Source of the DNA: an uncultured Methanosarcinales archaeon
GTDB taxonomy: Archaea > Nanobdellota > Nanobdellia > Woesearchaeales > GW2011-AR9
Direction of reading: 5' to 3'
Length of the DNA stretch: 64,000 bases
Assembly: GCA_964344235.1 (NCBI GenBank)
Contig: CAYFMJ010000001.1
Coordinates: 88,664 to 152,663 of the forward strand
Each line of letters starts with the position of its first letter. Position 1 is the first letter of the stretch. The translations under genes were made by a program, and so were the position numbers. The notes under the pieces are model-generated. The model made no database searches, was not told the origin of the DNA, and saw nothing but the letters and a program-made list of their open reading frames with translations. Positions 55,353-64,000 of this stretch are shown piece by piece.

Positions 55353-57920
55353 ATGAAAAGAGGGCAGATAACTGTGTTTATTATAGTTGGTATTATTGTG
55401 TTATTTGTCTTTCTGTTGCTGATTCAGTTAAGTAGTTCATTTGAAAAAGAACAGTTGGAACAGCAGCAAGAGGGGATTCTTACCAAAGCATTCTATAAAG
55501 AGGGGTTACGGTTGTTTGTAGAGGATTGCTTAGAAGATGAATTATCAAACGGTTTAGTGTTATTGGGCAAGCAAGGAAGATTATGGGATGAAGGTGGTGG
55601 AGTATTGGGGTTTGAGAATGGCGTAACAGGTGTGCAATTCGGTGAAGATCAAGTGTTTTATGGAATTACACGAGAAGATCATGAGTTACCTGAAGCATAT
55701 CCTTGTGATGAACATACAGGGGAGGAGCCAGCGTTTTGTCAATATGGTTATCCCAATATCTCGGTAGGCTTTGGAGAGAAGTCGTTATTTACAACAGAAC
55801 ATTTACAGGAAGATTTAACACGTTATGTTTCCATTAAGACTGTTGAGTGTGTTGATTCTTTTGTGAAAGAAAATGTTTCGCAAAGCGCAGTATTGGTGAC
55901 GGAGAAACCAGAGGTAAGCGTTACATTATTGCCACAGGGAATTCCTGTTCAGGTTGATTATCCAATTCGCTTTTCGGTTGGAGGGGAGGAGTTTTTTTCA
56001 TTAGCATCGTTTGATTTCTTTTACCCTTCAGAGTTTGGTAGATTTGTGCAGAAAGCAGCAGTGTTTCCGATGAAGTGGGATCAGCTGTTTGTCGATTTTG
56101 ATTACAGTGAAGAAGTGTTTATTGATGAGAAATTTACGTACGGGTCTGTAAAGGAGATAGGGGAATGTGAGGGGGTAGTGGGTGAGTACTTCTGCGAAAG
56201 AGCATTGTCGCCATATACTGGAGGAATTCCTGTGCAAATGAAGAAAGATGAGGTTGCGGGTGATACCGTGTTTACGTTTTCGTATCCGTGGAGTAGCGTG
56301 ATTGCGTCTTCTGTTGATGTTATTGATGTACCACAAGATAGCATGTATCGCTTTAGAATTGCACGGCAAAACAGGCCGCCAGCATTGGAGTATGAAGAGA
56401 GGTTAAGTTGTATTAGTGAAGAGTATGATTATTTAGTAATTAAAGGAAGTCAGAATTATGATGAAGTAGAGATTAGTTTAGATGCAATGGACCCAGATGA
56501 AGATGAAGAGTTAGTGTATAGTTTTGAATCTTCATTGAGTGGTGTTGTGGAAGGAAATACGTTTACTGTTTCTGGCGAGGCTTTGCCCGATGAAACAGGA
56601 GTGTATGATGTTGTAGGAAGTGTTGAGGACGAACATGGTTTGGTGGATTCGCAGAGAATTAGAGTGTTGGTGGATAGAGATGTGGGGGCAGAGTTGTCAC
56701 TACACATGCCGTATGATTTAGGAGAAAGAGGCTTGTATGAAGAGATTTATAGTCCTGAAAATGGATATATTGTGTCGGTGGAAGATCCGATATTTTTTGA
56801 CGTGCAAATGCCGTTGAAGAGTGCAGGAGCGACGTTTGAAGAGACGACATTGACGTACACAGGGGATGAAGAATTTGTATTTACGCTGTCTGAGTTAAGT
56901 GACTTTGGTGGAGGTGGGTGTTTCAGTTTTCCTGGGTTTTTGCTTGGAAAATGTGGTGATGAGGAAGGTTTAGGATTTTATGGCGAGTATGTTGTAAGTG
57001 ATGCTGGCACGGTTGATGATACTTCAAAAATATGGAATTGGAAAACGTGGTTGAATGACCCTAGCAATGTGAAACCGAAAACAATGCCAACAAACTTCTT
57101 TAAAGAGGTTAAGGGGGGGGAAGATTTAATCTTAGATGTTGATGTGAGTTATTGTAGTGAAGAGTTGGATATCCCTGAAATAACGATTCCCCTGAATGTG
57201 GTTGAATGTTTACCACATAAGAATGCAGATCATCCATTTCCGTACCCATACCATACTGTTAAAGTTGATCCAGAAACGGGTGAGAGAAGTGAAGAGGAGA
57301 TTAATCCATTTTTAGCAGAGCATGCCTGTTGTGGGAATTTCGAGTATAAGAAACCAGAGGAAGTTTGTTATGAAAGTCTGCCAGAGCAAGGCTGTTTTGG
57401 TTTAGCATCTGATGATTTGGTATTATTATCGGATGGAAATACTGATTTAGAAGATCTTGCAGGGTATATTGTGGAAGAGAGAGTAGAGAAAGCATATTGT
57501 ACCGGAGACCGAGGGAATGTATGTGGTGAAGGAAACTTTGAGAGTGTTATTGTCGATGGGGGAAAATGTGGAAATAGAGAAGCGTATGGGGGCACGTGTA
57601 ATAAGGTGCATGGTTATTGTGAGGACCTGGACCCGTGGAGTATTAATGAGGAGGAGAAAGCATGGTGTAATGGGCCAGTTGGTTGTGGGACAACAACGAG
57701 TGTTTGTACAACGTCTATTGTGTATACTGGCTCTGTGCCAAATGTTTTTGCGGGTGGCAACGTTGAAAATACTATTCAAGCAAATAATCAAGATTTTCAA
57801 TGTGGTGGATGCACGTTTGAAGGCCAACAATGTTTCTTGTTGTTCAGTGGAGTGCCTGCAACGTGTAATAAACTTGGAGCGGGCGTGTTTGAATGTGGTG
57901 GCGGAGGTAAAGGGGGATGA
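55353..57920 (+). CDS. Large (855 aa) N-terminally anchored Cys-rich surface protein with a cadherin-like domain
   Basis: N-terminal TM. A cadherin-like beta-sandwich signature (DPDEDEELVYSF...GVYDVVGSVEDEHGLVDSQRIRVLVD). A Cys-rich C-terminal region with ACCGNFEY. Confidence 0.6.
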   Translation: MKRGQITVFIIVGIIVLFVFLLLIQLSSSFEKEQLEQQQEGILTKAFYKEGLRLFVEDCLEDELSNGLVLLGKQGRLWDEGGGVLGFENGVTGVQFGEDQVFYGITREDHELPEAYPCDEHTGEEPAFCQYGYPNISVGFGEKSLFTTEHLQEDLTRYVSIKTVECVDSFVKENVSQSAVLVTEKPEVSVTLLPQGIPVQVDYPIRFSVGGEEFFSLASFDFFYPSEFGRFVQKAAVFPMKWDQLFVDFDYSEEVFIDEKFTYGSVKEIGECEGVVGEYFCERALSPYTGGIPVQMKKDEVAGDTVFTFSYPWSSVIASSVDVIDVPQDSMYRFRIARQNRPPALEYEERLSCISEEYDYLVIKGSQNYDEVEISLDAMDPDEDEELVYSFESSLSGVVEGNTFTVSGEALPDETGVYDVVGSVEDEHGLVDSQRIRVLVDRDVGAELSLHMPYDLGERGLYEEIYSPENGYIVSVEDPIFFDVQMPLKSAGATFEETTLTYTGDEEFVFTLSELSDFGGGGCFSFPGFLLGKCGDEEGLGFYGEYVVSDAGTVDDTSKIWNWKTWLNDPSNVKPKTMPTNFFKEVKGGEDLILDVDVSYCSEELDIPEITIPLNVVECLPHKNADHPFPYPYHTVKVDPETGERSEEEINPFLAEHACCGNFEYKKPEEVCYESLPEQGCFGLASDDLVLLSDGNTDLEDLAGYIVEERVEKAYCTGDRGNVCGEGNFESVIVDGGKCGNREAYGGTCNKVHGYCEDLDPWSINEEEKAWCNGPVGCGTTTSVCTTSIVYTGSVPNVFAGGNVENTIQANNQDFQCGGCTFEGQQCFLLFSGVPATCNKLGAGVFECGGGGKGG

Positions 57921-58987
57921 GAGCAGCCCTTATTCTCTTTTTGGTTTTTCTTTTCGTTCCTTTTGTGCTAGCAGATTCGGGGTGTTTTGTGTTTCAGGAT
58001 AGTGCACTGTATTGTGTTGAAGTTTCAGAGGAAGAAGCGGAGCAGGAATGTGGCTTCTTTGATAATTGTGATATTGTGGAGGTATTTTTAGAAGGAAGTA
58101 GTTGTGATAAGCATAGTGTGCCGGAATGTGAAACAGTGCTGTGTAAAAGTACTTGTTCGGAAGAGTTTTTAGGCACGTGTCTGGGTGGGAGAGTTCCAAT
58201 CGGAGAAGAAGGGCAGTGGTGTTCACCTGGTTGTTGTTCTTTCGAGGATAATTGTGGGTTTGAGCAGAGTGGGTGGTTATGTAATGTGAACGCACAGAAT
58301 AAGGGTGTTACTGAGTTTTCCTATAGTACTTTGTTGGGGGAAGCAGGTTGTCAATCGTTATGCCAACAGGATGATGTGACGAAGAATAGTTTATTGGGGC
58401 CAGTGAAGTTTAAAACGGAATCAATTAAGCCACTTGTTCCGCCGCCTGTAGCGGTTGCTGTGGGTGAAGGAAGTAGTGATGCTGGGGAGGATATTAATAC
58501 TGGTTCTTCGTTGCTTGGTTCAGTGCTGTTTTGGGTTTTGCTATTGTTGATTGGGTTGTTTGTAGCGTATTATTTTCACTCAAAGCGGTTTGTGAATTGG
58601 AAAGATCTCTTTGATTGGATTTTAGGGAAGGGGCAGGAAGAGCGAGAGGTTGTTGTGAAGGAAAAGGGTAAAGATGTGCCTGTGCGGGTTTCCGTACCGG
58701 AACATTCAGAGCGTGTTAAACGATTGCATGCGAAAAGAAAACATAAAGTTCACAAGCAGGAACGGGAAGAGTTTTTAGCAGAACATGGGCTAAGTGTTGG
58801 AGATGAATCCGTACAAAAATTACAACGATTTGTAGAGAAACATGTTGCTAGTAGGCCATTATTTCATAATTTGGATCATTTAGTTGAAAAACGGCAGGAA
58901 CATCTCGCAAAAACTGTGAAAAAGCCGGTGCGTAAGGCAAGGAAAAAAGATATTTTTGAAGAGTTGCGGAAGATGGCAAGAAAATAG
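57917..58987 (+). CDS. Cys-rich secreted protein with a C-terminal TM anchor and a Lys-rich cytoplasmic tail
   Basis: Signal peptide. An about 100-aa Cys-rich module that is shared with the N-terminus of the next giant gene. TM (VLFWVLLLLIGLFVAYYF). A basic tail. ATGA start/stop overlap with the upstream gene. Confidence 0.6.
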   Translation: MRAALILFLVFLFVPFVLADSGCFVFQDSALYCVEVSEEEAEQECGFFDNCDIVEVFLEGSSCDKHSVPECETVLCKSTCSEEFLGTCLGGRVPIGEEGQWCSPGCCSFEDNCGFEQSGWLCNVNAQNKGVTEFSYSTLLGEAGCQSLCQQDDVTKNSLLGPVKFKTESIKPLVPPPVAVAVGEGSSDAGEDINTGSSLLGSVLFWVLLLLIGLFVAYYFHSKRFVNWKDLFDWILGKGQEEREVVVKEKGKDVPVRVSVPEHSERVKRLHAKRKHKVHKQEREEFLAEHGLSVGDESVQKLQRFVEKHVASRPLFHNLDHLVEKRQEHLAKTVKKPVRKARKKDIFEELRKMARK

Positions 58988-59053
58988 TGCGTTTCTTCCA
59001 CGGTAGGCAGCTACAAACATTTATAAACGGCAACTGTTTCTTGTAGACGTAGA

Positions 59054-62000
59054 TATGATGTGTAAAAAAAGGGGTTTCATATTAGTAGTTTTAGCTTTGT
59101 TTTTAGTAGTTCTTTCTAGTTTCGTTTTTGCAGAATCTTCAGGATGCTATGTTTATGCTTCGGGAAGTTCTGATTTATATTGTGTAGAGAATGTGTTAGA
59201 AAGTGCAGCAACAGCTGATTGTAATCTATTTGGGGATTGTGATATTAATGAAGCGTTCTTGGAGAATACAGCGTGTTCTTCCGTAGCAGCGTGTGAGGTT
59301 GTAACGTGTAATGTTGATTGTCAGGATAGGACGTTAGGGAAATGCCAGGAATTGGGAGAAGAATTATACGGGGTTCCAGGAGAAGCGGTACCGTTTGAGG
59401 AGTATGATGCAATCTGTAGCCCCGGATGTTGTGTTTTAACATCTCCAGGCGGTGATCAGACGTGCCAACCGAATTTACCGTTACAATGTGATGATTTGGC
59501 AACAAAAAAGGGGTTTGATATGAGTTTCCTGCCAGGGGTTGTAGGTGCTTCCTGTATTAACAGTTGTGGAGCAGATGTGGAGAAAGGAAATTTAGTGGTT
59601 ACAGTTGTTAATGATGAGGGTGATGGTGTTGTGGCGAGTGTTTCGCTGGTTGGTTTTACTGAAATTGCAGAATCAAAAGGAAACGGCGTATATGAATTTA
59701 GTGAATTAACTCCATCAACGTATGTAGTGAAAGTTTCAGCTGCAGGATTTGGTAGTGAAAGTGTCTCTGTGATTGTGGAGGGGGAGGTTACGGAAGTTAG
59801 TGTGGTGTTAAGTCCAGTTGAGGGTGTTGGTTCTATTTCTGGAGTTGTGAATGGAGAAGGAGAGCCGTTGAGTGGGGCAACGGTCTTTGTGCAGGGAGGA
59901 GGAATTGAGGAAATTGCAACGACTTTAGGAAATGGTGCGTTTAGTTTTGATAACTTGGAAGCAGGAAGTTATGTGGTGACGGCAAGTAAAGTTGGTTATA
60001 AGAGTTTGTCACAGCCAGTGTTGCTGCAGGAAGGTGCTGAGAAAGTATTAACGTTTGATTTAGAGGAAACGTCATTAGAAGGAGTTACCGTTACAGCGTT
60101 TGTAGAAGGGAATGCACAACCTGGGGTTTCAGTGTTTGTGGATGGGAAGTTTAAAGGGAAAACAAAATTTCAAACGGATGGTAGTTTATTCATTCCGTTT
60201 TTGGAAGAGGGAGAGCATACGTTCTTTGCAACATTTCAAGGAGTGTATGAATCTGGGGAAGAAGTGTTTGAAGTGGAAGGTGGAGAGGAGCAAGAATTTG
60301 AGCTATTTCTGAAGAAAACGTTTGGTGAATGTAGTTTTGGACAGCCAAATGACCATAAAAATGTTGAAGTGTTTGCGTTGGAACATGTGTTGGGGAAGGA
60401 ACAAGTAGGGTTGGTGTGGGAGACACCGTGTCCAGAAGTGGTAAGTTATTTGGTTGAGAAACAGGAAGTTGGTAGTGAAGCGGTTGAACAGATGTCGTTT
60501 TCTATTGGCCAGACAGAGTATATTGATGCAGATGTGGAATGGGGAACATCATATGTGTACAGAATAAAAGCGTATTATGTTGACGGCTCTTCTCCGCGTT
60601 ATTCAGAGCAGTGGAATGAACAGACCATTGTGATGGGAAGTGCGGAGTGTGAGAATGGGTTCTTTGAGACAGGTGCAGGGCATTCGTTTTGTCAAGCCGG
60701 TAGTGAGAATAAGAAGACGGTTTTTACGTGTAGTGCGGAGAATCAAGTTATTCCGCAGCAGCAATGTGCAGATGCTCCGGGAGAGTTGTTTTATTGCAGT
60801 CCAATTATAGAGTTCACAGCGGGTTGTAAGAGCGATAGTGCATGTTCCTTAGCAGGAACACCGTTTGGGTTGTTTAGCACAGAAGAAAGTTGTTATGGAG
60901 TAGAGGCGAGTGCGGCAGTTAGCGGAGGGGCAGCGAATTATTGTTATTACGATGCAGCTGCGGTTGAGGTTAGTACTGTTGTTAACCAGTGTGTAAGTTG
61001 TGCAAATGTGGAAAGCTGTTTCGATTATCAAAGCGAAGATGCGTGTGGCGTTAACTCCTGCTTAAGTGAAGTGTGTAAGTGGGTTGAGGGAGCGTCTTCT
61101 CCAGAGTTAGTTGATTACAGTTTATTTTATTCCAGTTATAATGAGGAATCGCTGTTTGTTGGAGAGGAAACGGGGGCGGGTTATTGTGTGCCGGAGGAGA
61201 AATATGAAGAAACAGATGCCTGTGGTTTATGTAGCGCAGGTTCAACGTTATTTGAAAATTATTACTGTACTGCTGATGTCTGTTCCAATTTAGGGGCGTG
61301 TTATTCTGAGAATAGTTTGAGTGAGTGTAATGAGTGTCAGGAAGTTCCAACAGGAAGTGTTAGTTGTGAGACCTACGTAACGGAGCAGGAATGTAACGGT
61401 GTAGGTGGCAGTAGTAAGGATGCATATGAACGAATCACGCGATCTGCAGATAGTTGCAGTTGGGGTGCATGTGTCTGGGAAGGATTAGAGAATGGAGCAG
61501 GGCAATGTGTGAAAGATGGTGACGCTGATGGGGCAAATGATTGTTTAACAATCCCGCAAGGGGGAAATGCGGCAGCTTGTAGAGCTGACGTAACACCACC
61601 AAGTACTTCACTGAGTGCAGCGGAAACGGCAATTGTTTCAATTGGAAAACCAGAGTTAACGTTTGTGGGAGATGACTCTTCAGAGAAGTTGTTACAGCAA
61701 AATCAATTAGGGGAGTTGTGGTATTGTGTTACGCCGCTGGGAGTGGACACCTGTACCAGTGAGCATTTTGAAGTTGTTCCGTATTCTGGTAATTTAATTA
61801 CAGAAGAGTTGGTAATTGATGTTACTGATTCAGATTTCTTTGCAGATGGTGTTGCGGGTGAGACATATTTACTAAAGTTCTTTTCGAAAGATATTTACTC
61901 AAACCAGGAAGATGTACAGGAAGTGTATATTTACGCAGATTTAGTGTTACCGTCGTTTACGATTGGTGATGAAATTACAATAAATGGTGATGTGGCAGAT

Positions 62001-64000
62001 CTAACGGTGTTCTTAGAGGATCTGAATGAACCAGTAAGTTGTACATTTACATTGGAGCCGATTATTGGGTTTGAAAGTGTGAAGACGGTTACAGTTCCAC
62101 GAGATGCACAGGTGAAGTCAGCGACGTTTACTGGTTTACAGGGAGTAAGTTATGACTTAAGCGTTGAATGTGAAGATGATTTTGCAAATGTTCATAGTGA
62201 AAGTAAGAAGTATGTGTTTAATTATGATCAATCCATTTCTTTAATTAATCCGCCGTTCTTAGGAGCGATTGCCCAGAATGCTGTGCAGTTTGAAGTGTCT
62301 ACCGTCGTTGCGTCACAATGTGAGTTGTATGAAACCGCAACCAATACGTTGTTGGGCGTATTTGCAACGAATGAAGAAGGGAAAAGTCATTTAACAGAAC
62401 CAGTTGGTGGATTATTTGAGGGAGAGTATGCAGCGGAACATAAAGTTCGATGTGTTGAGGATTTATCGGGAAAGGAAGCGGAAGCGTATTTCCATTTCTT
62501 TGTTGATTTTACACCCCCACAAACATTGATTACCTTACAGGAAGGAAGTCATGTTGCTTCTCCTACAGAGTATGGGTGGGAGGTGTCGTTTATTGACAGT
62601 GCTGATGTGAGCTTTGTGTGTGATGCCGGAAATGGTGGATTTGCCTGTGATGAGACGCTGTATTGTTTGGGAGAAGGATGCGAATTAGCATCTAGCCCAG
62701 GGTATGTTACCTATGAAGCGCCGTTTACTGTTACTGAGACAACGGAAATTTGTTATTACTCAACTGATATTGGCAATACACCATTTCCGTTTGTGACTTG
62801 TGGAGATATTTTAGTTGAGGGAGCTGGTGTGACGTTAGAGAAACCAACGCCATACATGTTTGTTGGAGAAGTATGGGGTGTGAGTAATGAACCGGTGTTT
62901 GAGTGGCAATTCTTTACCAAAGTGCCAACACAGGAATGTGCGTTTGACTTTACTGAGAATATTGATGTTGAAACGATTGAACCGTTTAAGAAATTGCAAA
63001 ATGTTGGGGGGAAATATCTGTTTGAAGGATTCCCTGGCGAGGTGATTAGTGCGTATGGAAGTGCTGGTGGCGTGAAGACGTTATATGTGCAGTGTGCGAA
63101 TGCGTTTGAATTAGTAGGAAGTCCACAGAAGATGCATTTGGAATATGATCCTACAGCGCCTTCGATTTTGAGTGTGGGGGCGGAGCCAAATCCTGTGCTT
63201 GAGGGAATTACAGTATTGTTAAGTGTGGAAACGGATGATAAGTCAGTGTGTAAGTACAGCGACGTTTCTAACGGTGGTGGTAGCAAGGAATATCAAACCA
63301 TGGAATTTTCATTTCCGGGAGAGGAAGAAGGAGTGATGTATATTGGTCATGAAGATATTTTCTGGTTAAGTGTAACCCAGCCACAGCAGGAATTTACGAT
63401 TGCAGTGCAATGTATGAACGGGGCGGGAGATTTATCAGAGGTTGAGGAGATAGGGTTCTTTGTGGATTATACTGCTTTGGGAAGTATCTTGTCGTTGTTA
63501 CCTGATGGATATACAGCTGCGACGAATGTTACGCTGCAAGCAGAGACGAGTAAAACAGGTTGGTGTGAATATAAAGTTGATGAAGAGTATATTGTGTTTG
63601 CTGAAACAACTGGAAAGACACACTCTCAACCAATTGGCGCTGCTGATGAAGGGGAGTATATTTTCCCGGTACAATGTACAATGGGTGACCATACAGTGCC
63701 TGGCGTGATTGATTTTGTGGTTGATAGAACCGCTCCAGTGATCTCGGAAGTGGAGGATTATACATATAGTTGTGGTGCTGATGAGTTAAGTGTGATGGTG
63801 TATTCCGATGAAGAAAATATTAGTCAGTACTTCTATGATGTGTTTGAGAAAGGAAGCAAGTTTGTAGGAACAAATGGCTCTTCCGTGGCAAGTGGTTCGT
63901 TGTTAAGTGATACAGTAAGTGGAGAGCTACCATTAAAGATTCCAACTGATGATTTAGAAGAGAATAAAAGTTATTTTGTGAAAGTGGGTGCGATTGACGC
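59054..64000 (+). CDS. Giant Cys-rich secreted protein (over 1640 aa, 3' end beyond the window) with tandem CarboxypepD_reg-like beta-sandwich domains
   Basis: Signal peptide MMCKKRGFILVVLALFLVVLSSFVFA. The N-terminal Cys module is paralogous to the 57917 gene (SGCYVYASGSSDLYCVEN...CDINEAFLE). Repeated G.V.D..G.P..GA.V.....T...G.Y.F..L..G.Y.V.A.K.GY domains at about 59580-60300. No complete ORF appears in the track for this span, consistent with one ORF running off the window end. Confidence 0.6.

Noticed and set aside
59054-64000. Apparent reading-frame change inside the last giant gene when indexing by line labels
   Set aside because: The text reads as one continuous ORF, and the ORF track shows no complete ORF in this span. 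Several track coordinates differ from my label-based indexing by 1 nt at some places (60112, 59505) and by 0 at others (61111, 63460). I attribute the discrepancy to coordinate and label reading error rather than a real frameshift. Raw reads would settle it.

Overview
This is an archaeal chromosomal window of about 40% GC that spans a replication origin. The archaeal assignment rests on the following genes: DNA polymerase D small and large subunits, Orc1/Cdc6, MCM, PCNA, TBP, TFE, aIF2-beta, Hjc, RpoP, L37ae, prefoldin beta, RNase Z, an Rpp30-like RNase P subunit, tyrosyl-tRNA synthetase of the archaeal type, and a SAMP/E1/NcsA tRNA-thiolation module. There are also two intron-containing tRNAs.

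The origin lies at about 41851-42539. It has an AT-rich unwinding element flanked by mini-ORB-like boxes. It sits between an orc1/cdc6-polD operon on one side and an mcm/OB-fold/TBP group on the other, the arrangement known from Thermococcales.

The rest of the window holds housekeeping enzymes: two Nudix hydrolases, IDH, M16 and M24 peptidases, an ABC transporter, a radical SAM protein and a DRG GTPase. It also holds an island of extracytoplasmic thiol/copper redox genes: DsbA-like, secreted thioredoxin-like, cupredoxin, DUF411, CxxC membrane proteins, a CCH permease and a COG0523 GTPase. This island is preceded by two membrane-anchored wHTH regulators.

The 3' third of the window, 50.3-64 kb, is a cluster of giant cysteine-rich secreted or surface proteins.

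The most unusual items are:
- two paralogous about 85-nt structured RNA-like elements with compensatory base changes;
- a GATase/AsnB-Dph6 tri-domain fusion;
- a degenerate THUMP (ThiI-like) protein convergent on the SAMP-NcsA-E1 operon;
- a free-standing LAGLIDADG endonuclease beside an unusually long intron-containing tRNA;
- the pairing of an oxidative-folding toolkit with giant Cys-rich surface proteins.

Non-CDS coordinates were read from the line labels and may be off by 1-2 nt.
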